NCBI GenBank assembly: GCA_963709405.1
Contig: CAVPXM010000055.1
Coordinates: 64,001 to 128,000, forward strand
Direction of reading: 5' to 3'
Length of the DNA stretch: 64,000 bases
DNA from: an uncultured Nitrososphaerales archaeon
Lineage (GTDB): Archaea; Thermoproteota; Nitrososphaeria; Nitrososphaerales; Nitrososphaeraceae
The translations under genes were made by a program, and so were the position numbers. Each line of letters opens with the position of its first letter. Positions within the stretch are counted from its first letter, which is position 1. This document shows positions 21,578 to 31,152 of the stretch, piece after piece. The notes below the pieces were generated by a model that ran no database searches, was not told the origin of the DNA, and saw only the letters and a program-made list of their open reading frames with translations.

Positions 21578-21847
21578 TCATCTCATTCGTAATATACGAT
21601 CCTCTGGTCTTGCTATCAAACTACAACCACTTATAAAGCAAACGCCAGAAGGCAGTTCAACTTTCATGATTTGTACTGCCTTCTTCGGTATAGCTTTCAT
21701 ACCTCTGCCAGTATCCATGACAATCATTTTTTTTGTCTCATAGATTATTTTCCCGCAGGTATTCCTTATTGAAGTCATAGATGAGGCTTTTATCGTGACT
21801 CTCAGACCTATCAATTCGTGGTTCAGAAGATTATCGCTTGTTATCAT
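21578..21847 (-). CDS. rnp1: RNase P protein Rpp29/Pop4
   Basis: HELIGL, ETKK, RPEDR; canonical position in the operon. Confidence 0.9.
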   Translation of the reverse strand: MITSDNLLNHELIGLRVTIKASSMTSIRNTCGKIIYETKKMIVMDTGRGMKAIPKKAVQIMKVELPSGVCFISGCSLIARPEDRILRMR

Positions 21848-22053
21848 TTTGACTCAGTCTTTTTTTCGTTTTGTAATGTCATTATTCTCGCGATATCTCG
21901 CCTAAGCCATTTGATATTTCCAGTTTGTTTCTTTAGAGTTCCCTTAGCACCTTCGGATCTCATTTTTGCTAATTCTGTATTCAATTCAAATAGCTTATCT
22001 GATAGATCATTATCGTTCATCTCTCTCAGTGTTTTCAGCTTAACCCTGGCCAT
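21844..22053 (-). CDS. rpl29: 50S ribosomal protein uL29
   Basis: LREM..L, RRDIARIMT. Confidence 0.93.
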   Translation of the reverse strand: MARVKLKTLREMNDNDLSDKLFELNTELAKMRSEGAKGTLKKQTGNIKWLRRDIARIMTLQNEKKTESK

Positions 22054-22768
22054 TTGTCTTAACCTCTGTAGTTACGGTCTCCTCGGCTTTCCCTGTAATT
22101 GGTGTTGCAGGGGCAGGGGTGTTCAAATTAGCATCTTGAATGCTAGGCAAGGGTATAGATTCTTGCTTTTGCATTACTGACTCAAGAAACTCAAACTCCG
22201 GCGGAATTTCATCTTTTATAGCGATCTTAACTTGAATGCCCAAGAGACCCATCTTTGTCGAGACGTGTGAAATACTAGATTTTACTATCCTATCTGCAAC
22301 ATCTCCACTCTTTGGAACGACTCCAGAGGAATGCTTCTCAAAATGTGCGCGTTCACTTCTTAATTTGCCACCTATGGATACTTCTACTCCCAAAGCTCCA
22401 GCCCCATTTATCGTATTGATGGTCCACAGTGCCGCCCTTCTAAATGCTGTGCCCCGCTCGATCAGCTGTGCTATCCTGTTGCACATTATTTTAGGATTCA
22501 GTTCAGGAATAGAAACTTCCTGAACAGAAATCTGTGGATTAGTTAGTCCAAATTTCTCTTCAAGTTTGGAGGTTAACTCCTTTATACCACTGCCCTTCCT
22601 ACCAATCACGAGTCCAGGTCTTGTTACATACAATGTAATCCTTGTTCCGATTGGTGTTCTTTGAATTTCAACATCACCGTATCCGGCGTCTTTAAGGCTA
22701 GTTGAGAGAAATTCATCCAGCTCTAAGTTTCGGAAATTATTTTTGACTACATTTCGAGCTGCACTCAT
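22040..22768 (-). CDS. rps3: 30S ribosomal protein uS3
   Basis: RPGLVIGRKG KH domain, FRRAA. Confidence 0.96.
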   Translation of the reverse strand: MSAARNVVKNNFRNLELDEFLSTSLKDAGYGDVEIQRTPIGTRITLYVTRPGLVIGRKGSGIKELTSKLEEKFGLTNPQISVQEVSIPELNPKIMCNRIAQLIERGTAFRRAALWTINTINGAGALGVEVSIGGKLRSERAHFEKHSSGVVPKSGDVADRIVKSSISHVSTKMGLLGIQVKIAIKDEIPPEFEFLESVMQKQESIPLPSIQDANLNTPAPATPITGKAEETVTTEVKTNGQG

Positions 22769-23241
22769 TAACGTGGTCTTCCCTCCAAGGCGACTATTTC
22801 AAAATGAACTAAAGTATTAAACTTAGGGCTTGCCCTCCCCATCGCACGAGGAGTAAATCTTTCTATTTTTGTGCCCTTGTGAACGACTGCACTAACTATT
22901 GTTAAGGAATCAAGATCCATACCTTTGTATTCTGCATTTGATTCCAAATTGTCTAACAATTTAAGAACCTCTTTTGCGGTTTTCTGTGGATATCTGCCTG
23001 CACAAAAGCCATCCCTAATATTAGAACGGTGAGCTACTTCGTTTTTATACCGTCTGAACGGAACTGCGATCCTCCTGGCAATTACGTCCTCCAGGAAAAC
23101 TCTTGCTCGTTCAATAGACATTCCCTTTACTGCAATCGCAATTTCACGCGCATGTTTGTGAGAAATCGATTTCTCTCGAAGCGCGGCTCTTACATGCTTC
23201 GACCTGTCAAAGCTCTCGAACGAGTATCGAAAATCGCCCAT
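22768..23241 (-). CDS. rpl22: 50S ribosomal protein uL22
   Basis: VPFRRY, GRYPQK, PRAMGRA. Confidence 0.95.
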   Translation of the reverse strand: MGDFRYSFESFDRSKHVRAALREKSISHKHAREIAIAVKGMSIERARVFLEDVIARRIAVPFRRYKNEVAHRSNIRDGFCAGRYPQKTAKEVLKLLDNLESNAEYKGMDLDSLTIVSAVVHKGTKIERFTPRAMGRASPKFNTLVHFEIVALEGRPR

Positions 23242-23246
23242 TTTAA

Positions 23247-23654
23247 TCACTTGAGTGGGACATACAGGCTAGATCTAGATGAGCCTACTCCGGGCGCCCC
23301 GTGTTGAACACGTTTATTTGTAATAGAATATTCGCCTAAATAATGACCTATCATCTCAGGCCTGATCGTTATAAGAGAAAATTCCTTTCCATTATGTACA
23401 TACATGCTGAGACCTACCATATCGGGTAGTATAATCATATCCCTAACATGAGTCTTCAACTGACCCTTCAGCTTTCCATCACGTAAGAGCTTTATTTCTT
23501 CTCGCAGCTTTCGCTTATCGTCACTCATATACTTTCCAACTCTCTTGTCAAGAGATCGCCTCTGTCTCGCATTTAATAGAGGTATTAGTGCCTCGATAGA
23601 CAGAGATTGCAATTGTTGAGAAGCATATCCCTTGAATTTGAATTCTCGAACCAA
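23247..23654 (-). CDS. rps19: 30S ribosomal protein uS19
   Basis: THVRDMIILP, MIGHYLGE, SSLYVPLK. Confidence 0.96.
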   Translation of the reverse strand: MVREFKFKGYASQQLQSLSIEALIPLLNARQRRSLDKRVGKYMSDDKRKLREEIKLLRDGKLKGQLKTHVRDMIILPDMVGLSMYVHNGKEFSLITIRPEMIGHYLGEYSITNKRVQHGAPGVGSSRSSLYVPLK

Positions 23655-23719
23655 CTATGTCAATTACTCCAACCATATGCTACTTTTAAACCTAACCAAG
23701 AAGGATTTTATCATATATA

Positions 23720-24013
23720 TTATACCAAGCCCAATGTTGTAGCAAGATCCCTGGCTCCTTCGGGTTGCTTAAATTTCAATAGTGCCTTTTTCCCATGAAT
23801 CGTTCTGTACGTATTTACTTCATCTGCTTCGACTTCATACAATATCATCAGGGCGTTTATAATATCCAATTTCGAGGCGCGATCTGAGACAATAAAAGTC
23901 AACTTATTCTCTTTCTCAATTAGGTTAAATGTCTTCTCGGTGATGTATGGTTTTAATAGGATTGACTTGGCGTGGTTGATTGTCATCTCGTTCTTTTCTT
24001 CTACTTTTTTCAT
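23720..24013 (-). CDS. rpl23: 50S ribosomal protein uL23
   Basis: PYITEK, ENKLTFIV, KKA. Confidence 0.93.
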   Translation of the reverse strand: MKKVEEKNEMTINHAKSILLKPYITEKTFNLIEKENKLTFIVSDRASKLDIINALMILYEVEADEVNTYRTIHGKKALLKFKQPEGARDLATTLGLV

Positions 24014-24826
24014 GTATTACTAGGCACCTCGATTTTATGATCTAACGGTAATTTTAGACCTCGTAATTTTTCTATAGCGTTAACCGAATAAATAGTCAGT
24101 CTTGCAGGTCTCGAACCGGGGGCCATGTCAAGCACGCTAATGTCAGTCACAGACGCAACATCTACTCCCCTTACTGAGCCCGAAAGATCAAGGATCTTCT
24201 TATTCTCATCAACAATGATTAAAACGCTTTTACCCGATCTGCTTTTCCGTCCCCTCAGTCTTCTAGTACCAGATGTGTTCTTGACAGAATTTTCGACTCT
24301 TTGCAAATCATCGCCGATACCCAGACTCACAAGCGCTTTCTTTAGGTCCTTAGTCTTCACCAAAGATTCTATATTGTTTGATACAACTAATGGTAGACTA
24401 ATTATTTTCCCTAATTTGTGACCACGTCTTTCAACAAGATCTTTATTACAGGTAGTCTGCGATAGAAGAGCATAAGCCATATTTCTTCTCTTTTTTGTTT
24501 ATTTTCTTGTATGTGTTCTTCCAAGATTCTGGAGGATGTGCCACTCTACCATGCCTTACACCTGCAACTCCAGCAGCCTGCCCGGCCCTAGGGAATCCCT
24601 CACCACGCGCTCTGGCAATTCTCGCAATTCCTTGACCAGTATTTCGAGATTCGGCACTAACAACCTCCCCTGCCATTGGATATCTACCCTGCCTCTGAAA
24701 ATTGTGAGATAGCAAATTAACATATGACTTGTGAATAATATCCTCCCGTATCGGAGTGTTAAAAACTACAGGTAGCTCAATCTCACCAGTTTCTAACCCA
24801 TCAATCTCGGATATTTTAGCCTTCAT
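24010..24826 (-). CDS. rpl4: 50S ribosomal protein uL4 (frameshift near 24456)
   Basis: SAES..G.G.AR, HPP, KINKKE; removing one base gives SIAATCNKDLVERRGH...APG..ARLT. Confidence 0.93.
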
Positions 24827-24828
24827 AA

Positions 24829-25827
24829 TTATTGCGTCACTATCTCCAAGACTTTTGGTTCTACTATTCTTCGACGAGGATATCTCAATGGTTGTCTCAA
24901 CTTCACCAATCTTTTCGCTACCCCAGGTATCGATCCCCTTACGATAATATAATCGGAAGTTACTATCCCAAAATGCTTGAAACCGCCCTGTGGGTTTATT
25001 CCCTTGACTTTGTCCTGTTCCGGATTCGAAATGAGCAATATACGTTTATTATACTCCGTTCTTTGGTGAAAACCTCTTTGACCTTGTCTAGGTACTGTAT
25101 ACATTACGACTGCTGGGGAAATCGGACCCAAAGTTCCCACCGCACGAACACTTTTTCTCGATTTATGTTGCTTTCTCTTCACACCGAATCTTGTAATAGG
25201 CCCTTCAACTCCCTTTCCTCTAGTAATTGCTGACACATCAATGTGCTGGCCGGGTTTAAACACATCAGAAACCCTAAATTCTTTACCAAGCTTCTCTTTC
25301 AAAAATTCATAATTCTTCCTAATATCTTGACCAGATACGGGAATTTCGAAGACAAACGGTTTCTTCTGAGAAATTCCAATTTCATGCGGAATGACCGATA
25401 CCACGGCTACAACTTCTGTAGCCGAGTCAAGGATAGATTCCGCTTTCGTAAACTGATCTTCGCTAAATTTTATTTTCAATTTGCGGGAAAGGTGTTTTAC
25501 TGTATCCTTGGTGAACAAATCAAATATCGCATGTTTTGCATCGTCACCTTGGGTGTAGCCACGAATACCGATAATCTTGATCGGGGGTACGGCAATAACA
25601 GTGGAAGGATTTAGGAGATGCTTTCCATAGTTGGGAGTCTTCTCGCGATCGTCAACTGTCAAAACCTCGATACCTCCCACTTTAAATCCAGCGAATCCAA
25701 GCAAAAAGATTCCCTCAGAGCGCTCAATTGGATAAGTCCTCAGCCTCGCCTCTAGGCTCTTTGCCCGGGCACGAGGCCTAAATGCAATGCTTCCTCTTCT
25801 AGGAGCGCTATATTTACGATGACCCAT
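24829..25827 (-). CDS. rpl3: 50S ribosomal protein uL3
   Basis: PRRGS, GFKVG, GQRGFHQRTEYNKR. Confidence 0.96.
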   Translation of the reverse strand: MGHRKYSAPRRGSIAFRPRARAKSLEARLRTYPIERSEGIFLLGFAGFKVGGIEVLTVDDREKTPNYGKHLLNPSTVIAVPPIKIIGIRGYTQGDDAKHAIFDLFTKDTVKHLSRKLKIKFSEDQFTKAESILDSATEVVAVVSVIPHEIGISQKKPFVFEIPVSGQDIRKNYEFLKEKLGKEFRVSDVFKPGQHIDVSAITRGKGVEGPITRFGVKRKQHKSRKSVRAVGTLGPISPAVVMYTVPRQGQRGFHQRTEYNKRILLISNPEQDKVKGINPQGGFKHFGIVTSDYIIVRGSIPGVAKRLVKLRQPLRYPRRRIVEPKVLEIVTQ

Positions 25828-25934
25828 AATATTGACAAATGAACGGTCTTAGTTAGCCATTAATAAATTTATTACTTTGACCAAGGTAGCCAGAACGATG
25901 AGCGCCAAAAAACAAGGTACGATTCAATCCGGAT

Positions 25935-26780
25935 CTAACTCAGAACATGGTTTACTATTGCAAGAGTACCCAGAATTGCTTCCTCAAGCCTTACAGTCCT
26001 CGTCCCTTGCATAGGAAACGAATTTACGACAAGTCCAAACGATCTAACGTCGCTACCCTCTCTTTTTAGAATCTCACGAAGTCCAGTTCTAGGTGCACCA
26101 AATATTATAAGCAAATTTTGCGTAGATTTTAGTCGTTCGATAAGTGTTCGTTCTATTTTTTTAAACGCGGCGCCAGTTCTTGATGTAAGAAGTAGTAATG
26201 CATCTGGTATTTTGGTAATTAGAGAAGTTAAATCAGAACTCTCCACTACTTTATAACCCCAATATTGATCCCCTATCTCATGTGAGGTCGCCTCCACCAC
26301 ATATTGATGAGGATAAGTGGCTAAAAATTTCAGATTTAGAACACTACCCTCCCTAGCACTTCCCTTAAACTTTACTCTTTCCCCCAAACCCACATCCGCA
26401 TAAAGTGTGCCACCCGTCTGAACGATTAATCCAACTCGCACTTCGCCTTCAGGTATTTGTCGCAGCTCCTGAAGCGGTTTATGATGCGGGGCAATAATAG
26501 GATGAAGTATACCAGAAAATTGTAGCTGGTCCAAGAGCGGGTAGATTTTCTTTCGAAGGTAAGGCGGAGTGTTGAGATATGCCAAGATGATCTTGAGCAA
26601 ATTTAGATCGACCTTCGTATATTTCGAGGTTTTATCATGGTAAATGTAAATCCTTCTAACTCGAAATATTGAACAGGCTCGTGCAATTTGAGAGATCATA
26701 ATAGTCTTGTCACGTTTTGTACCTTGCTCGGAGAGCGCAGAGTCAGGAATTGCTACCCATAATTTGGTATCGAGAGGCAT
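25935..26780 (-). CDS. SPOUT-family RNA methyltransferase (DUF171)
   Basis: IARACSIF, TPPYLRK, YWGY, QGTRTVRLEEA. Confidence 0.85.
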   Translation of the reverse strand: MPLDTKLWVAIPDSALSEQGTKRDKTIMISQIARACSIFRVRRIYIYHDKTSKYTKVDLNLLKIILAYLNTPPYLRKKIYPLLDQLQFSGILHPIIAPHHKPLQELRQIPEGEVRVGLIVQTGGTLYADVGLGERVKFKGSAREGSVLNLKFLATYPHQYVVEATSHEIGDQYWGYKVVESSDLTSLITKIPDALLLLTSRTGAAFKKIERTLIERLKSTQNLLIIFGAPRTGLREILKREGSDVRSFGLVVNSFPMQGTRTVRLEEAILGTLAIVNHVLS

Positions 26781-27443
26781 TTAACCTTTCAACAGTTGTT
26801 CAATCAATATGTCTAAGGATTCGGTGGATCCGAAGCTGATGTCCTGTACCAGGCCTTTCGTATCTATTAGAATACTTGAAGGGGTCCCACTTAATCCATA
26901 CTCTTCAAAAGTCTTTGCGGTGTACATCTTGGTTCTAAGATAGTCTTTAACGTTTTTGATTATTCTATCCCTTTCTGTTTGTACATATGATCTAAAGTTT
27001 TCAACATTGGCTTCGATGAAATCCATAACCTTATTCTCAGTCATATTTGTATCAACTCTTTCCAAGTAGTCCATGGCAACTGGGAACGGAATCCGATATG
27101 TTAACTTGTTCAGATCCCTGAGTTTACCATACTGCATAAGGACTCTTTGTGTTTCTCCTATAACCTCTCCATTGTCCACGAGCTTCTTTAAATTATCCAG
27201 GTTGTTCTTGTCGTAATCCTCGAATGCAGTTGCCAGTCCTATTACCTTAAAATTATCCATGCCAAATAGATTATGTAATCTAATGCTCTCTGGGATTCCG
27301 TAAATAAAGCAACCCGGACAATTAACCTGGAATACCTCTATCAGGATCACGTTGTCCTTTTCTTTATCAATATTAGTCGACTTTCCCTGTATCCATTCCG
27401 ATACCTTCAGATTTGGAGCCTTTTTACCAATCTTGCTGTTCAT
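26781..27443 (-). CDS. thioredoxin-fold (TlpA-like) redoxin
   Basis: FQVNCPGC, GTPS. Confidence 0.75.
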   Translation of the reverse strand: MNSKIGKKAPNLKVSEWIQGKSTNIDKEKDNVILIEVFQVNCPGCFIYGIPESIRLHNLFGMDNFKVIGLATAFEDYDKNNLDNLKKLVDNGEVIGETQRVLMQYGKLRDLNKLTYRIPFPVAMDYLERVDTNMTENKVMDFIEANVENFRSYVQTERDRIIKNVKDYLRTKMYTAKTFEEYGLSGTPSSILIDTKGLVQDISFGSTESLDILIEQLLKG

Positions 27444-27494
27444 GAGACAAATTTGGTTAATCGATATAGTCGCGCAGGTAGGAGCTAGGACAAG

Positions 27495-28232
27495 TCAAGA
27501 TCCACTTTCGGCTTGTCGATCCTTTGAAAACGCAGCGTACTTTTCTATCTCTTGTTCCTCAACCTTCCTCATTATTCTGTCTTCGTTGCTTATCATTGCC
27601 ATTTTTATATGCCTAGCCCCAGTTTTCTCTTCACTTACCAGGTAGATAGATTCCATGGCTAGCGCTGCTCCTTCCTCCATAGAAAGATCGCTTTTGTAAT
27701 TTTTCTCTAGAAATTCAGTCACTTGATCGCTACCAGCTCCGATAGCCACCGCATCATATCCGATATAAGTACCACTAGGATCTGTAAGATAAAGAGACGC
27801 ACCATTGGCGTCCACGCCTGCCAGTATAAGCGCTACACCGAACGGTCGTACCCCTGCATACTGCGTGAATTGTTGCGCCATATCTGCAATATTCTTAGCC
27901 ACCCCTTCCACGTCGACTGGTTCGTCATAAATCAATCTATTGCTCTGAGCAAAAAATCTGGCATGATCTATTTGAGTTCGAGCATCAGGGATATAACCAG
28001 CTGCTGCCACACCTATGTGGTCATCAACCTGAAAAATTTTCTGAGTCACGTTGGAGATTTGCAGTTTTCTAGCTTTTTCCTCTACTGCCAATATGACGCC
28101 ACCCTTAGTTTTTATCCCAATAGCTAAAGTTCCTCTCCTAACGGTTTCAATTGCATATTCAACCTGATAAAGTCTACCATCCGGAGAAAATACAGTAATT
28201 GCCCTATCATATCCTGCTGCTGCTGGTAACAA
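27495..28232 (-). CDS. psmA: proteasome subunit alpha
   Basis: YDRAITVFSPDGRLYQVEYA, RPFGV. Confidence 0.97.
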   Translation of the reverse strand: MLPAAAGYDRAITVFSPDGRLYQVEYAIETVRRGTLAIGIKTKGGVILAVEEKARKLQISNVTQKIFQVDDHIGVAAAGYIPDARTQIDHARFFAQSNRLIYDEPVDVEGVAKNIADMAQQFTQYAGVRPFGVALILAGVDANGASLYLTDPSGTYIGYDAVAIGAGSDQVTEFLEKNYKSDLSMEEGAALAMESIYLVSEEKTGARHIKMAMISNEDRIMRKVEEQEIEKYAAFSKDRQAESGS

Positions 28233-28319
28233 TACATTTTCTACTACTTTGTAGAGTTTAATTTAAATTTACCTTATTATTTTTATATCTCGTCTTATCA
28301 TTGAGATTATATTTGTTAT

Positions 28320-28739
28320 ATGCCTGAGGATGAAATAATTTTCTATGGTCATCCTAATGTGAGATGTCTTCATAGGAGAACAATTGAAGTCACAACTGAT
28401 TCTCATTTGAGTCTAAGAGGTGATTGCATCATAGGGGTGAACGCAACCAAGGCTTGCAAGGACCTAAATGATATCGTAAAAAGGAGAATTCAGGATGATA
28501 ATCACAAGATCAAAATAGAATTTTTAGTGGGAAATATGGTGGTAGAGATAAATGGGAAAGGTGATAAGTCATTGTCTTTACTGAGCAGTACTGATATTGT
28601 AATGAGGAAATCGAATTTTGTATGTTCAAGAACCCTATGCATAAATTGTGACAAAGGGTCGGCAGATATTCCAGATGAGATGATTAGATTATTGCAAGAC
28701 TCGTCTTCCAGAGGGATTCTAAAAATAACAACTGAATAA
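28320..28739 (+). CDS. DUF371 family protein
   Basis: GHPNV..H..TIE, GDCIIGV, RKS. Confidence 0.85.
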   Translation: MPEDEIIFYGHPNVRCLHRRTIEVTTDSHLSLRGDCIIGVNATKACKDLNDIVKRRIQDDNHKIKIEFLVGNMVVEINGKGDKSLSLLSSTDIVMRKSNFVCSRTLCINCDKGSADIPDEMIRLLQDSSSRGILKITTE

Positions 28740-28775
28740 TATCTAGCCTAGCGCATCTGAACAACCATTCTTACA

Positions 28776-29618
28776 TTAGTGACGTTGTCCAGCTATCTTC
28801 TCAAATGCAAAAATATATCGTCTTGTTAGCTCGCCGGTGACTTCGGGTGGGATTTGAATAGACTCTTGGCTCAGCTTTTTATCACGAATTTGTTGTAATA
28901 ACCCAGTTTCTGTTAACCAATCTCTAAGGAGCTGCTTGTCGAAGCTCTTCTGATCACTTCCTGGCGCATAACTAGACTTTAACCAGAGTCGAAATTCGTC
29001 AGGGCCGATGGAATCCGCCAAGAGTATCTTCCCGTCTGAATCCATTCCGAATTCGAATTTGACATCAGCTATAATGAACTTGGCCCTTTCTGCAGCGATA
29101 CTCATCTTGTTGTATAGCGAAATTGACACCTGTTCTAAATATTCATAATCATGTGGAGACAAAATTCTGGATTCAAATATTTTTTCCTTAGTAATAGGAG
29201 CATCATGCAAATCTGATTTTGTTGTGGGGTCTAAAATAGGATACGGCAACCTGGCGGCTTTCAATGGCCTGAAAGAATCACCAAATGGATTTGCTGCCTT
29301 CTCGTTATTAGCAAATCGTTCAAACAAACTGCCATATAGATAACCTCTGACGACGAACTCTAACGGAATGATATTTAGCTTCTTCACTTCCATCATGTCA
29401 CTTTTGGGAACTAAAATCATGTGGTTTGGAAAATCAAGGAAATCAAACCAAAATTTAGCGAAGCTACACAACACCTCTCCCTTCTGCGGGACAAGGGTAG
29501 CCAGTCTTATATCGAATGCAGAAACCCGATCGGAAAAATGAAACAGTAAGTGGCCATTGCTTAATTCATAGATATCTTTCACTTTGCCTCGGCGCACAAG
29601 TTTCATTCCTTTGCACAA
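28776..29618 (-). CDS. purC: SAICAR synthetase
   Basis: GKVKDIY, SDRVSAFD, DVKFEFG, DKQLLR. Confidence 0.93.
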   Translation of the reverse strand: MCKGMKLVRRGKVKDIYELSNGHLLFHFSDRVSAFDIRLATLVPQKGEVLCSFAKFWFDFLDFPNHMILVPKSDMMEVKKLNIIPLEFVVRGYLYGSLFERFANNEKAANPFGDSFRPLKAARLPYPILDPTTKSDLHDAPITKEKIFESRILSPHDYEYLEQVSISLYNKMSIAAERAKFIIADVKFEFGMDSDGKILLADSIGPDEFRLWLKSSYAPGSDQKSFDKQLLRDWLTETGLLQQIRDKKLSQESIQIPPEVTGELTRRYIFAFEKIAGQRH

Positions 29619-29735
29619 TACTCGGGTAAATACTTCATCATTTGAGTATTAAGTATTATTGTATTGTAATGATGAAGTCTTAGGTTTATTCAATAAAATC
29701 GTACTATTTATAACCATCAAATTGAGCGAATTTAG

Positions 29736-29810
29736 AGGTCATGGTGGGATTTGGACCCACGGCCTAAGGTTTACAAAACCTTCGCTCTAACCAGGCTGAG
29801 CTACATGACC
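29736..29810 (-). tRNA. tRNA-Thr(TGT)
   Basis: Acceptor GGTCATG/CATGACC; anticodon arm AAGGT-TTTGTAA-ACCTT; T-loop reads TCCAAAT. Confidence 0.9.
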
Positions 29811-29906
29811 AAGCTTTATGTGCTGATCGGGTTCATCTTATTTGACGTAATTAATACTTTGTCAGATTAAATTTCCTTTATTTATGACTCTGCTTAGTCA
29901 TGATAT

Positions 29907-30197
29907 ATGAAAAATAAGTTTGTCAAAGAATCAAATTTTATGGTCCTTGTTAGTATAGAGAATAAGCCTTACGTCAGTGATCCCGAAGGAGAAACAATTC
30001 TTCGAGACCTTGTTTTAAAAAAGGGATATTCGACTGTCCAATGCATCCGAACTGCAAAAGCCTTAAAAATAACTGTGAAGGCAAGAAATTCAAAGCGTGC
30101 AGAAAAAATTGTTAGAGAACTCTGCGAAGAATTGAGAATATTCAATCCGGTCGTAAGCAACTGCACCGTAAAAGTTGAACGGCACCTTCCAACATGA
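29907..30197 (+). CDS. purS: FGAM synthase subunit PurS
   Basis: DPEGETI, NPVV; upstream of purQ and purL. Confidence 0.9.
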   Translation: MKNKFVKESNFMVLVSIENKPYVSDPEGETILRDLVLKKGYSTVQCIRTAKALKITVKARNSKRAEKIVRELCEELRIFNPVVSNCTVKVERHLPT

Positions 30198-30443
30198 TTG
30201 CGAATACATATCAGTTTTTAACCGATAGGTGGAGGTAGATTTCAATTTATGTCAGAATTTTGAAGTGATGAATTTGAGTGATAATTCGTACCCGAGGGCG
30301 AGAATATTTGGTAATAAAGAGGGCAAGTCATATAATTTGGAGGCAACGGTAATTCATCGGGGTATAGAATCTACGACCCGGTGCAAGTGTTACATTAGGC
30401 TCAAGAGAAATTAATAAATCATGTTTTGCAATAACATTTTGCT

Positions 30444-31131
30444 GTGGTTCGTATTGGAATATTAGTCTTTCCAGGAAGCAATTGCGAAAGGGATGTTCAT
30501 CGAGTCCTAGGACAGATGAATGGAATGGAACCAGAACTTGTATGGCATACTAAAAATGATTTGAAAGACTATGATGCATTCATTATTCCCGGCGGATTTT
30601 CTTACGGTGATAGCTTACGCGCAGGGGCTATTGCCGCGCATAGTCCAGTAATCAGGGAATTGAAAAAGATAGCCAAACACGATATTCCGATTTTGGGAAT
30701 ATGTAACGGTTTTCAAATCTTAGTTGAATCGAATTTGCTACCCGGTGCATTGGCGACTAACTCTTGTCTAAAATTTGTATGCAAGCCAACTAATCTTATA
30801 GTAGAAAATAACAGGACCCCTTTTACCGGCTTATTAAGGAGGGGCGAAATGATCACAATTCCAGTAGCTCACGGTCAGGGTCGATATTTAATCGATGGTC
30901 GTTCATACACTAAACTTGCAAAAAATAATCAGATCATACTTAGATACGCTGGGGAAAACATTAATGGATCGATGGAAAATATAGGCAGCTGTTTGCAACG
31001 AAGAAAGGAACGTGGTAGGTATGATGCCTCATCCAGAGAGGGCAACCGGATTTCGAAAAAGCCAAGATATAATACAGTCTAGGGGCTCCCTTATTTTCGA
31101 ATCACTCCGTGCTAGTCTCTTACGGAAATAA
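30444..31131 (+). CDS. purQ: FGAM synthase glutaminase (frameshift near 30985)
   Basis: FPGSNC, GGFSYGD, GICNGFQ; shifted frame contains GMMPHPERA and stops at 31131. Confidence 0.93.
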
Positions 31132-31152
31132 CTGCCAAGGTCATCTGTTATC

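Noticed and set aside
17987-25827. rpl2 missing, and the operon ends at rpl6
   Set aside because: As I recall, this split r-protein cluster is usual for Nitrososphaerota; not novel
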